A DNA stretch of 64,000 bases from an uncultured Nitrospiraceae bacterium. Lineage in GTDB: Bacteria; Nitrospirota; Nitrospiria; Nitrospirales; Nitrospiraceae. The notes under the pieces were generated by a model. That model was not told the origin of the DNA, searched no databases, and worked only from the letters and a program-made list of their open reading frames with translations. The stretch's first letter is position 1. Every line of letters starts with the position of its first letter. The position numbers and the translations under genes are program-made. The stretch lies in the NCBI GenBank assembly GCA_963846575.1, contig CAWJWJ010000002.1, forward strand, positions 1,920,001 through 1,984,000, read 5' to 3'. This document shows positions 19,342 to 29,141 of the stretch, piece by piece.

Positions 19342-19845
19342 TCACATCGCGGAGACTGAAGGTGGCACAGGCACGCCAGGGAGAGGGTCGAAGGAGGAGA
19401 TCGGTTGCACCCTGGTCCGGCTGTCTCTGGTACCCACGACGCCGGCAGTTCCATTCTGCCGCTTGACCCATTGAATACGTGCCGAGCGGGTGGATAATCC
19501 TTGACGTTTCCAGACGTAGCGCACCATGGTCGGCGTGACGGCAATTCCTTCCACCTTCATTTGCCCGGCAAGCCTGATGTAACTAACGATAGGATTACTC
19601 CTTGTTTTCAGCAATATACGCGACTCAATTGCGGCGGGAGTGCGGTTCGGCATGTGAGGTTTACGGCGCACTCCCGGCGCCAACCCCTCTTTCCCGTACG
19701 CCCGATAGGCTTTCTGCATGGCATAGAACTGTGAACGGCTGACCCCGGCCAGTTTGCAGGCCTTGACCACGTTTTTCAGTTCCGCCGCCATCGTGAGAAT
19801 GGCGAGCCTCGCCTTGATCAACTGTTCTCGACTCGCCATTACCAT
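19342..19845 (-). CDS. HTH protein homologous to the IS481-family transposase N-terminus, without the integrase core
   Basis: ARLAILTMAAELKNVVKACKLAGVSRSQFY...KPHMPNRT...VRYVWKRQGL; ends in a low-complexity tail with no DDE/rve domain. Confidence 0.75.
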   Translation of the reverse strand: MVMASREQLIKARLAILTMAAELKNVVKACKLAGVSRSQFYAMQKAYRAYGKEGLAPGVRRKPHMPNRTPAAIESRILLKTRSNPIVSYIRLAGQMKVEGIAVTPTMVRYVWKRQGLSTRSARIQWVKRQNGTAGVVGTRDSRTRVQPISSFDPLPGVPVPPSVSAM

Positions 19846-20351
19846 ACCCCTGCCCGGGTTCGATACCCGTTGAAGCACCGCTCAACGGTCCGGTTAAACC
19901 CGCCACGCTCACAATCGACCGCGCCGTCTGTCCAAAGATCCTTCACTAAACTCTCCTCTCCGGCCCCTCTATCCTCCGGCACGAATGGAGTGCACGCTCG
20001 AATCGGAATGCATCCAGCGTCAGATTGGTGATTTACATATGGCCCGTCAGGATGTTCGATGGCGTTTGCATACATAAGTTTAAGTACGTACTACTATGCC
20101 GTACGCCATAGGTTCACTTTCCGGACTATTGAGCGATCAGTCATTCAACGCGGCAACTTACCAACGCAGATCGCCCTCATGGTCCGCGCAGCGGGTTTCA
20201 TGCTACACGGCGGAAACAGTCATCGCGGCAGTCACGTCATTACGGAGGGAACGAGGCGGATCCTCCGACCCCGACGATGGTATGATCACGAGCCCGGTGT
20301 GGTGACCAACCTCGATCTGTGGAGGGCTCGACTGGGAAGGCCGGCCGGGCG

Positions 20352-21368
20352 TTAACTTATGCTGGAGAGATTCTGTAAGCGGCCCCTGACCTGCTGACGC
20401 ATCCTGTATGCGCACTGAGCAAAATTACGCGCGGACTCAAGCCAGGCATATTTCGACTTCCTGATCCACGGAACGCTGATTGGCTGTCCGCCATACTGCC
20501 GTTTGTATTCTCCTCCGCCCCCCATGTCATAGGTATGGATGCCGTTGGCCTTGGCATATTTCATGGCATACCAATGCAAGGCCTGATTCGGTCTCAGAAT
20601 CTGATATCGACGCCAGCTCGCACCGCCCCAGAAATACATCACACCATTCAAATAAGGAAAAATTCCGGTGGCGATGGAACGGCCATCCTGATCCCGCGCA
20701 CGAAGCAATAGCACGCGGCCGGTCGGGTGAAGATGCCCGATCAACTGCCTTACGCGCTCGACCGTGTAGGTGGGAACCAGCCCTTGCTTCGCAAAGACAT
20801 CTCTCAACTGATCGTAATACTCTTCCGCGAAGCCAGGCCCCTGCGCTACTTCGATGACCACGCCATCTTTTTCCGCCTTCCGGACACAACGCCGGCAGGC
20901 GCTGGTGAAGTTGCTGAACAGCGAGCTCTCGTCTTGAGTCAGATCCACGGCGAATCCTTCGTACATGCGGTGTTCCACTTGTACCTCGACCAGATCCTCG
21001 AGCGACAGGTGGCGGTCCATGACTTCCACATGCGCGCATTTCAACTGTTCGAAGGCAAAGGAGAAGAGCCCGTGGAGCGCGGCCGTCCGCGATGCTCCCG
21101 GCAACAGCGCGAATCCCATGTAGTCGGTGCTCCAACCCGGGCAGGGACTGCCCAGGATGCGCACACCAAGTTTTCGCATGATCAAACCAATGAAATACCC
21201 CACCGCCCGATTGCCATCCGTTATCGCCGCCAGCACCGGTACGGCATGCTGCGTCTTCGACACAAACGAAACCCATTCGCGGCTTTGAAAAACTGTGCTG
21301 TTGTCGCAAGCCTGCATGACAGCCCAACAACGCTCGTCCTGGGCATTCAACGGCTCGTATCGATACAT
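20352..21368 (-). CDS. FemAB-like GNAT protein
   Basis: VFQSREW, CRRCVRKAEKDGV, GGASW...RPNQALHW.AM, YDMGG..EYKRQYGG motifs. Confidence 0.8.
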   Translation of the reverse strand: MYRYEPLNAQDERCWAVMQACDNSTVFQSREWVSFVSKTQHAVPVLAAITDGNRAVGYFIGLIMRKLGVRILGSPCPGWSTDYMGFALLPGASRTAALHGLFSFAFEQLKCAHVEVMDRHLSLEDLVEVQVEHRMYEGFAVDLTQDESSLFSNFTSACRRCVRKAEKDGVVIEVAQGPGFAEEYYDQLRDVFAKQGLVPTYTVERVRQLIGHLHPTGRVLLLRARDQDGRSIATGIFPYLNGVMYFWGGASWRRYQILRPNQALHWYAMKYAKANGIHTYDMGGGGEYKRQYGGQPISVPWIRKSKYAWLESARNFAQCAYRMRQQVRGRLQNLSSIS

Positions 21369-21469
21369 GGCGATAACGGTTTCCTAAAGTGAGAGGCGGG
21401 CATCCACATGGGCTGCTGCCGAGCGCGCGAAGAAAACATTGATGAGGAGACGTCGGCCATTTTCTGGAA

Positions 21470-22417
21470 CTAGGACCGGCCTCTTGTCTTGAACATCCTT
21501 TGGAGCAACCAACGGCGTTCGATCCGGGCACGTTCCGAATGGGAGATACTCGGACTGAGTTGCGTACCGCTCAAGAAATCCAGCAAGGTATAGACGGGAA
21601 CGAACCACCCATTCATTCTGGCTAACCGCCTCATGAGCATCTCGAATCGCTTATCAGGGCGCCCATGTTCCACAAACCCCTGAGCAAAATGCGTATACAT
21701 GATGCACGCACCGCCTTCGGCCAGCAACCGGTCCTGGTTTTCTTCACAGAGCATGTCCCTGAACGAGTTGACGGCAGGTCCGTCGCTGCCGGCGAACCAT
21801 CGGTTGACGAATGGACGAGCCGGATCGTGATAGGGCATGACCGGACATGCCTTGAGGGTATTAATTTCCGGAAAGGTAAAGTTTCGCACATAACGAACCT
21901 TGTCCCGGCACAGATCGCCCCAGAATAAGGGACTTTTCTCGACATGGCCTTGAAATTCGCTTCGGGACTGCCACAGGTGGAGAATGTCATAGACAAGCCG
22001 GTGAACTCCGGAAAGCCTGGCACGCCCCCAGTAAATGCTCTCCTTGCAGCCCGTATGATTGGCCATGGTATGGGGATAGTGCCCGAACAGATGGAAGAAA
22101 CGTTCAAGTCCTTGGGCCGTTTCCTGCCGGGTCGACGTATGGTAGGTCACATTGTGCAGTCCCACTTCGAATCCATTGGCCTGCAACTGGGCAACCCAGG
22201 GAAGATATTTGGGATCTTCACAGGTCACACCTCCGACGTAAGGCCGGCCCGCCCTCTGGACCGGCCAAACGGAGATGGTCGTCCGGACTCCCAATTCGCG
22301 AAGTAAGGAATAGACCGACTCCACGCTGCCCGCGGTCTGGTAATCCGGGTCATCAAAAATCGTAAAGGCAAATGCTTTCCCTTCAGGCCAGTCGATCCGG
22401 CGATGCATTGGTATCAT
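21470..22417 (-). CDS. Polysaccharide deacetylase-like protein
   Basis: WPEGKAFAFTIFDDPD, GFEVGLHN, ANH, CIMYTHF; TGATG overlap with wecB. Confidence 0.6.
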   Translation of the reverse strand: MIPMHRRIDWPEGKAFAFTIFDDPDYQTAGSVESVYSLLRELGVRTTISVWPVQRAGRPYVGGVTCEDPKYLPWVAQLQANGFEVGLHNVTYHTSTRQETAQGLERFFHLFGHYPHTMANHTGCKESIYWGRARLSGVHRLVYDILHLWQSRSEFQGHVEKSPLFWGDLCRDKVRYVRNFTFPEINTLKACPVMPYHDPARPFVNRWFAGSDGPAVNSFRDMLCEENQDRLLAEGGACIMYTHFAQGFVEHGRPDKRFEMLMRRLARMNGWFVPVYTLLDFLSGTQLSPSISHSERARIERRWLLQRMFKTRGRS

Positions 22418-23586
22418 CAGCCCATACGCCCCGAAGGCACGAGCCCGGACACATGGCCCGGCCGCAGATTGTCTTCTTGCCGTCCCCACCCGCCTACATC
22501 GATGTCCTGGGCCCGTTCAGGTCGAGACCGCACGAGCATTGTGGCTACAGATCGTGACGCCTCACCCCGCTTCCAGGGCCATCCGCTGCGATGACCTAAC
22601 CGGGCTGCCTGGACAGCACCCACAATGTGATCCGGGTTGGTTCCCACCAGGCAATTCCACCCGCTCTCCACGGTCTCGATCCACTCTGTCTCTTCTCGTA
22701 ACGTGAGGCAGGGGATACCCAGCCAGTAGGCTTCCTTCTGTACGCCGCCGGAGTCAGTGGCAATCAGTTGGGCCATGGCCTCCAGGAGCACCATGTCGAG
22801 GTATGGCACCGGGTCGAGCAGGACCAGCCGCGCGGGACAATGGAACGAAAGCTTCCCAAGCTGCTTGTGAGTTCTGGGATGAACCGGGAACACGACCGTC
22901 CGGCCAGAATCGACCAAGGACTGAAACGCCTTCATGATCCCTTCCAGTATCGGCAACTCATCGGTATTCTCAGCCCGATGCACAGTCGCCAGGATGTATC
23001 GATGGGGCTCAATTCTCAGGCGTTCGAGGATGGTCGAGGTCTGTTTGGCCCGCTCGACGTTGTCCAGCAACGCATCGTACATGACGTCGCCGACCAGATG
23101 GGTTCCGGTGGTTAGTCCTTCCCGTCGAAGGTTTTCAAGGGCCGTCTCAGTCGGGCACAACAACAAGTCAGAGAGATGATCCGTCATGACCCGGTTGATT
23201 TCCTCCGGCATTTTCCGATTGAAACTGCGGAGCCCTGCTTCGACATGCGCGACGGGCAGGTGAAGCTTTGCCGCTGCCAACGCTCCCGCGAGCGTCGAAT
23301 TGGTATCCCCGTAGACCAGGACCTGCCCAGGCGTTTCCTTCAGCAGAATCTCTTCAATCTGCGTGAGCATCTGACCCGTTTGCTGTCCGTGAGACCCTGA
23401 GCCGACGCCCAGGTGGTAATCAGGTTCGGGAAGACCCAACTCACGGAAGAACACCCCGCTCATCCCGTCGTCGTAGTGTTGCCCGGTGTGAACCAGAACC
23501 TCCCGGGCGACCTGCCGCAACTCACGAGAGACCGGGGCACATTTGATGAACTGCGGACGTGCGCCGATGACCGAGACGACCTTCAT
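22417..23586 (-). CDS. wecB: Non-hydrolysing UDP-GlcNAc 2-epimerase (WecB/WbpI-like)
   Basis: GARPQFIK, HTGQHYD, YGDTNSTLA, HVEAGLRS, PEEINR, TDSGGVQKEA motifs. Confidence 0.93.
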   Translation of the reverse strand: MKVVSVIGARPQFIKCAPVSRELRQVAREVLVHTGQHYDDGMSGVFFRELGLPEPDYHLGVGSGSHGQQTGQMLTQIEEILLKETPGQVLVYGDTNSTLAGALAAAKLHLPVAHVEAGLRSFNRKMPEEINRVMTDHLSDLLLCPTETALENLRREGLTTGTHLVGDVMYDALLDNVERAKQTSTILERLRIEPHRYILATVHRAENTDELPILEGIMKAFQSLVDSGRTVVFPVHPRTHKQLGKLSFHCPARLVLLDPVPYLDMVLLEAMAQLIATDSGGVQKEAYWLGIPCLTLREETEWIETVESGWNCLVGTNPDHIVGAVQAARLGHRSGWPWKRGEASRSVATMLVRSRPERAQDIDVGGWGRQEDNLRPGHVSGLVPSGRMG

Positions 23587-24722
23587 CTCGCGAGACCTTC
23601 CCGCACCATCTGAGCGACATAATGTTGCTGATCCTCATTCAACTCGGGATAGATGGGAAGCGCCAGCAATTCGCGACAGGCCCGCTCAGCCTCAGGATAG
23701 TCTCCTTCCTTATGCCCCAGCGCCTGAAGGCACTCCTGCCGATGGAGCGGGACCGGATAGTAGATTTCTGTCCCGATCCCTTTTGACTTGAGATAGTCAC
23801 GCAACGCGTCCCGTTTGGCGACTCCGATCACAAACTGATTATAGATATGGTAATGCCGGACGCCGTTCGCCTTATACACGGCCTTTGGCAAACGCACACC
23901 GAACTCCGCTTCGACGTTGAGGGAACGGAACAGCGATTCATAGAGGTCGGCATGGTGCTGCCGGAGAGCCGTCCAGCGATCCAAGTAGGGCAACTTGACG
24001 GTTAACACCGCTGCCTGAAGCGTATCGAGCCGGAAATTCCCTCCGACGATGCGATGGTAGTACTTCGGCTTTCCTCCCTGCACACGGAGGACGCGGAGCC
24101 GTTCGGCCCATTTCTCCTCGTTGGTCACCACCATCCCGCCGTCGCCCAGTCCGCCGAGATTTTTACTGGGGAAAAACGAGAAGCATCCCATAGTCCCCAT
24201 GCTGCCCGCTCTCCGTCCGTCGGCATATTCCGATCCGATCGCCTGGGCCGCATCCTCGACCACAGCGAGATTGTGAGCCGCGGCCACCTGAAGAATCGGC
24301 GCCATGTCGGCACACTGGCCGTATAGATGCACGGGAATGATGGCGCGTGTACGAGGCGTGACGGCCGAGGCAATGTGTGAGACATCAAGATTGTACGTAA
24401 TGGGATCGATATCGACGAACACCGGGATGGCCCCCAGACGGACGATCGCGCCGGCCGTGGCAAAAAATGACAAGGGAGTGGTGATGACCTCGTCTCCGGG
24501 CTTGAGGTCCACCGCCATGAGAGCCGCGAGTAAGGCATCGGTTCCCGAAGACACACCGACGGCGTATCGTGTGCCGGAATACGATGCCACACGCTCTTCA
24601 AGCTCGCTGACTTCACCGCCTAAAATAAAATTGTTCTGGTCCAGCACCCGCTCCATGGCGGCCAGCAGGTCTTTCTTGATCGGTTCATGTTGGGCCTTTA
24701 AATCAAGCAGGGGCACGTTCAT
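23583..24722 (-). CDS. DegT-family aminotransferase (WbpE-like)
   Basis: MNVPLLDLKAQ, SSGTDAL, EDAAQAIG, SFFPSKNLGGLGDGG, NFRLDTLQAA motifs. Confidence 0.92.
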   Translation of the reverse strand: MNVPLLDLKAQHEPIKKDLLAAMERVLDQNNFILGGEVSELEERVASYSGTRYAVGVSSGTDALLAALMAVDLKPGDEVITTPLSFFATAGAIVRLGAIPVFVDIDPITYNLDVSHIASAVTPRTRAIIPVHLYGQCADMAPILQVAAAHNLAVVEDAAQAIGSEYADGRRAGSMGTMGCFSFFPSKNLGGLGDGGMVVTNEEKWAERLRVLRVQGGKPKYYHRIVGGNFRLDTLQAAVLTVKLPYLDRWTALRQHHADLYESLFRSLNVEAEFGVRLPKAVYKANGVRHYHIYNQFVIGVAKRDALRDYLKSKGIGTEIYYPVPLHRQECLQALGHKEGDYPEAERACRELLALPIYPELNEDQQHYVAQMVREGLAR

Positions 24723-24822
24723 ACAGCAACTCCTTGGTGTGGCACGTTGTCTCGCCGGAACGTCGGGTGGAAGTCTGGATTGACCAGGGTGTACCAACAC
24801 ATGGCAACCGAAGATCGTCGGA

Positions 24823-25791
24823 TCACATGGCCATACTGAGCAGAGGAACTGTCGTTCTCTGCGCGACGGCCAATGCATGGTCGCGGACCGTCACCACTCG
24901 AAACGCCTGGCTCAGTCGTTGGACCAGGGCGTCGATCATCTCCAGCTTTTGCTCCAGGGGCAACTTCATGCCCGGGAAGAATTCGACCCCAGCTGACTCA
25001 TGTTCGCCTAAAAAATCCAAGGGATGAAGCAGCAGGGATGGCTCGACACCCGCGCGACGGCAGAGCGACAGCGCCGTGCGAAAATAGGCCTGCGCGAGAG
25101 CGGGAGAATAGAGACTCAAGTAGAGCACGTAACTGAAGTGAATCGGAACGCGCAGAAACGGCATGGTCGTCACCGGGATTTCAATGAGGCCCTGCCTCCC
25201 CACATTCCACCGGTAGGGTTGGATCCGTCTGAATCCATCGCGCAAGCCTCCGAAGATCGTACTCCGGCAGTCTGCTTCTTCCCGGGTGAACGCGCTGGAC
25301 ATGAAGAAATAGGCGCGGGCCAGCGGACCGATGAAGGTCGGCAACGTCGATGCATCATAGAGATATCCCCGTCGATCCAATTCCGTGACCGTGCCCTGAG
25401 ACAGACTATAACCCGGGCCGCGAAACCCGACGGGTCGTTGGCCGGTGGCCCGCTCGATGTGCTCCTCCGCCATCGTCAACTCACGGACCATTTCGTCTTT
25501 GCCATAGCGGTGCAGCCAGGGATCGTGATGGAAGGAGTGGTTACCAATCTCATGTCCCGCATCGGCGATGGAACCGATGGCTTCCCGATTTCTGGCCAGT
25601 GCGGCATCCTGCCCGACGAGAAAGATTGTGGCTTTGAGACCATGCCGATTGAGGCAGGACAGAAGTCGAGGCACGACCACGTCGAGGTACGACGGCAGCG
25701 TCCTCCACCCCGGGTTGCCGTGGGTTTTCATGTAGGCCCACTTGTCGTCCAGGTCGCATGACAGACTCGCGATCGGCTTCTCCATCTCCAC
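24823..25791 (-). CDS. Polysaccharide deacetylase (CE4-like)
   Basis: SLSCDLD, ATIFLVG, GHEIGNHSFHH, GFRGPG, YDAS, LLHPLDF motifs. Confidence 0.85.
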   Translation of the reverse strand: MEMEKPIASLSCDLDDKWAYMKTHGNPGWRTLPSYLDVVVPRLLSCLNRHGLKATIFLVGQDAALARNREAIGSIADAGHEIGNHSFHHDPWLHRYGKDEMVRELTMAEEHIERATGQRPVGFRGPGYSLSQGTVTELDRRGYLYDASTLPTFIGPLARAYFFMSSAFTREEADCRSTIFGGLRDGFRRIQPYRWNVGRQGLIEIPVTTMPFLRVPIHFSYVLYLSLYSPALAQAYFRTALSLCRRAGVEPSLLLHPLDFLGEHESAGVEFFPGMKLPLEQKLEMIDALVQRLSQAFRVVTVRDHALAVAQRTTVPLLSMAM

Positions 25792-25866
25792 CTTTCTTCC
25801 TACGACGATTGTTCACACGCCCGACAGGGCACTTCACGGGGTTCCTGCGCGAGGTACCCGACTGAA

Positions 25867-26517
25867 TCAGCGAGGAGTCATTCTCAACCCGCGGTAGAAC
25901 GTGAACAGCCGACGGAGGACATGCGGCGTGGTAATCGCCTGCTGTACCAGAAACGTCTTCAAGAGTGTCGACACCAGGTAGTCTCGTCTTTTACCGTAAT
26001 GATCGCTCGCCCGATGGCCGGTTAACACATAGTGCCCGAAGTCAACGAAGGCAGAATTACCCGGCGTGACAAAGACGAGGCAGCCGTCGTGTTTCAAGAC
26101 TCGCCGTATCTCTGCTGCCGCTCGTTCAAAGGGATCCATGTACTCCAAACAGCTCACGGCTACCACACAGTCGAACATGCCGCTCTCATAGGGGAGATGT
26201 AAGGCGCTGCCTGAGAACAGTTGTGCCTGAACCTGATGATCTTTCAGCGAGCGTGCGACTTCCGCCGCCTTGGTATGCTTGTCGATCGCGTACAACTCGT
26301 CGCAGTGCCGGGCGAGTTCCGGCAGAAACACTCCGCTTCCATAACCGATTTCAAGCAATCGGTGAAACCGTCGCGGAGGGAGCAACGACAGTATCATCCG
26401 AAAGCGAAGCCTCTGAAACTTGCCGAGGAACGGGTGGTAATTCCACTCGGCCTTGTCCACATCGCTCGTAGCTACGAGCGCATCGTGAGGCAACAGTTTT
26501 GGGGCCGGACAGCTCAT
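25867..26517 (-). CDS. Class I SAM-dependent methyltransferase
   Basis: LLEIGYGSG, LPYESGMFD, EIRRVLK..G motifs. Confidence 0.85.
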   Translation of the reverse strand: MSCPAPKLLPHDALVATSDVDKAEWNYHPFLGKFQRLRFRMILSLLPPRRFHRLLEIGYGSGVFLPELARHCDELYAIDKHTKAAEVARSLKDHQVQAQLFSGSALHLPYESGMFDCVVAVSCLEYMDPFERAAAEIRRVLKHDGCLVFVTPGNSAFVDFGHYVLTGHRASDHYGKRRDYLVSTLLKTFLVQQAITTPHVLRRLFTFYRGLRMTPR

Positions 26518-26626
26518 GTTGCACTCCTTCGTCAAAACGCTTCGGATAGAACCCCACACGCGCAGGCAGAATGCACGGCCTGACCATGCTTAAGACGATG
26601 GTGACTCGCCGAGACCTTCTTGCGCC

Positions 26627-27985
26627 TCAGCGCAGCGTGGACTCCAGCACACCATCGGCAGCACGCACGGGTGAGAGCGTAAACGTCGTGCTGTGATCGT
26701 TCATGAAATCGTTGACTGCTCGAATGACTTCATTGTTATTCAGCGTGCAATTCACGAACTGGGAGGTATTGAGCACGAAAAAATCCTCGTGCTGCGTCGC
26801 GACGTACGGCACACGTTCCGAATAGCGCAGCACTTGAAGGGGCTGGACCTTCGTCGCCCTGTTGATATGCAGGCCGACAATATCTGCCGCATGAAGGTCG
26901 GGGAATATGCCCCCCGCTCCCTCGAAAAACTGTCGCCTGATCTCGTCGTCGGGGAGCTGTAATTGCGGGTCGGTTGAAAGTACGTACTTGGGGAAATAGG
27001 TCAGATAACAGCCCGCCGTTTCCGTGGTCGACACCACACAGTTCATCCCGATCACCCCGGTAAAGGGAACCGTGTAATCGGTGATGTTGAGCGTATAGTA
27101 CGGCACGATCTGCCGTCGGGTGACCAATACCGGGCAGATCACACCGAGGTATTCCACAGGACCGGCCGATGCCCCCACGTGCACCAGCCCCTGTCTGGCC
27201 AGAGGACTCCCCGCCTCAATCGGACTCGTCCAAATGACCTTGTCAAAGTGCTCCTGACCGCCGTTACACGTGATGACAATGCCTGCATCGGGTCCCGGCT
27301 CGACTGCCTTCACGGTCGTTTCGAGCCTGACTTCACCGCCCGCCGCATGAATCAAGTGTTCGAGGCGATTGATCACGGTCCGGTAACCTCCGGAGACATA
27401 TCCCAGTTGATTCCGTTGGGCAGTCCCGTCACGGGTGGAGAAGAGACGCTTAATGTACGACCAGATAAATACCGCCGACACCCTCGTGTAGTGTTCGCCC
27501 AATTTGGCCACGAGCAAGGGTTTCCAGAAGGCCTCATAGGTCTGGCGGCCGCACATGCGGGTCAACCACTCCTCCACGGAAATAGCCTCGAGTTCTTTCC
27601 AGTCCCGGATTCGATTACACTCCCATATCGTGCGAGCCAGTCTGAGTTTTCCCAGAACGCCCACTAAAGGAAAGCGCAACAATTCCAGCGCGGTGGTCAT
27701 CGAATACAAGCGTCCGTGCGCGTACAGCCCCGTACGAGCGGCACCCCAATGAAGACGATCTCCCAGCCCAATGACATCTAAATATCGAATGAGGTGAGTA
27801 TCGGAAGGAAGAATCACGTGATAGAAACGATCCCACCAGAAATGTTCGTAATCGTGATAGGTCGTCAATCCCCCTGCCTGACGCTCACGTTCCAAGACGG
27901 TCACATGGACACCTTTCGCAGACAGGCGCTCGGCCAACGACAGTCCCATGATCCCGCCACCGATGATTCCTACGCGCAACACCAC
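26627..27985 (-). CDS. FAD-dependent oxidoreductase (amine oxidase/PPOX-like fold)
   Basis: VGIIGGGIMGL...E...AGGL, DRFYHVI, GYVSGGY motifs. Confidence 0.8.
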   Translation of the reverse strand: MVLRVGIIGGGIMGLSLAERLSAKGVHVTVLERERQAGGLTTYHDYEHFWWDRFYHVILPSDTHLIRYLDVIGLGDRLHWGAARTGLYAHGRLYSMTTALELLRFPLVGVLGKLRLARTIWECNRIRDWKELEAISVEEWLTRMCGRQTYEAFWKPLLVAKLGEHYTRVSAVFIWSYIKRLFSTRDGTAQRNQLGYVSGGYRTVINRLEHLIHAAGGEVRLETTVKAVEPGPDAGIVITCNGGQEHFDKVIWTSPIEAGSPLARQGLVHVGASAGPVEYLGVICPVLVTRRQIVPYYTLNITDYTVPFTGVIGMNCVVSTTETAGCYLTYFPKYVLSTDPQLQLPDDEIRRQFFEGAGGIFPDLHAADIVGLHINRATKVQPLQVLRYSERVPYVATQHEDFFVLNTSQFVNCTLNNNEVIRAVNDFMNDHSTTFTLSPVRAADGVLESTLR

Positions 27986-28012
27986 ACCCCTTTCATCCTC
28001 GACGCAACCGGC

Positions 28013-29071
28013 TCACCGTCGGGCAACTGTTTCCTGCAACTGAGGCGACTCGCTGGTCATAGAAACCGGACTCATCAGTGACCTCTGCCAACGAATTGTT
28101 TGCAGGAGCCCTTCTTCCAGCCCGACTGTCGCCGTGACGCCTAAGATCCGTTGAGATCGCTCGATATCGGGAACCCGTCGGCGAACGTCCTCATACTTCC
28201 CCCCGGTGAAGCTTTCATACGGCACGAAGCCACATTTGAGCGGCCACGGCGTGCCGGCCAGGCGGTGAATCGTACGGGCAAGCTCGAGAATCGTGATTTC
28301 CTGCGTGGTGCCGACATTCAAAATCTCACCGTTGGCCTCCGGCGTCACCATTGCGGCATAGATTCCGTCGATGGTGTCGGCCACATAGGTGAAGCTCCGG
28401 GTCTGCAGGCCGTCCCCATGTATAGAAATCTCCCGATCGTTCAGAATCGCGTCGATAAAGACCGCCTGCGGGCCTCCCCACCAGCTCACATGGTGTCGGG
28501 GACCGTACGACCCGAAAAATCTCAGGATGGAGATCGGAAGCCCATAGGCCTCCTGATACGCAAACCCTAAGTGTTCGGTGAACAGTTTGGACACGGCATA
28601 GCCCCAGCGTGCAACTTTGGAGGAGCCGAACACAGAGTCATCATCTTCGCCGAAGGGCAGCCTGGGGTTTCGTCCATAGACATCGGAGGTGGAGGCGAGG
28701 ACGGACTTGCATCCCACCTTCCGCGCAAACTCCAAGACATTTTCACAGCTCCGTGTATTGACCCGAAGGGTCGCCAATGCATTGCCATACCTGGGTATCT
28801 TGTGGGACGCCAGATGCACGATACAGTCTGCGTCTTCACCCAGATCATTGAATACGGAAGGATCGGTCGCATCGCGCTCCAGGAACCGAAAGGCAGGATT
28901 CCCAATGTTCGCCGCGATGTTACTCAATGACCCTTTAGAGAGGTCATCGATGCCGATGACCCGATGTCCGTTCGACAGCAGCCGATCGAGCAGATGCGAG
29001 CCGAGAAACCCCGCCACTCCTGTGACGAGAACGTATTTGGAGGATGCCAATGACAGCGACATAAGCAGCAC
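28013..29071 (-). CDS. NAD-dependent epimerase/dehydratase (UDP-glucuronate decarboxylase-like)
   Basis: TGVAGFLGSHL, ASTSDVYG, RWGYAVSK, GDGLQTRSFTYV, RRVPD motifs. Confidence 0.85.
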   Translation of the reverse strand: MLLMSLSLASSKYVLVTGVAGFLGSHLLDRLLSNGHRVIGIDDLSKGSLSNIAANIGNPAFRFLERDATDPSVFNDLGEDADCIVHLASHKIPRYGNALATLRVNTRSCENVLEFARKVGCKSVLASTSDVYGRNPRLPFGEDDDSVFGSSKVARWGYAVSKLFTEHLGFAYQEAYGLPISILRFFGSYGPRHHVSWWGGPQAVFIDAILNDREISIHGDGLQTRSFTYVADTIDGIYAAMVTPEANGEILNVGTTQEITILELARTIHRLAGTPWPLKCGFVPYESFTGGKYEDVRRRVPDIERSQRILGVTATVGLEEGLLQTIRWQRSLMSPVSMTSESPQLQETVARR

Positions 29072-29141
29072 GCTCTTTCTTGTTTGGCCCGGGTGAATGA
29101 TGCAGATCCGGACGCCCCAGCTGGCGGCGTCCGATCCCTGT

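Noticed and set aside
19342..19390. VPVP motif at the end of the IS481-like HTH protein as a second sorting signal
   Set aside because: No TM helix or basic tail follows, and there is no signal peptide.
20527..21531. 334-aa same-strand ORF overlapping the FemAB-like gene
   Set aside because: Alternate frame, R/G/S-rich with no domain signature.
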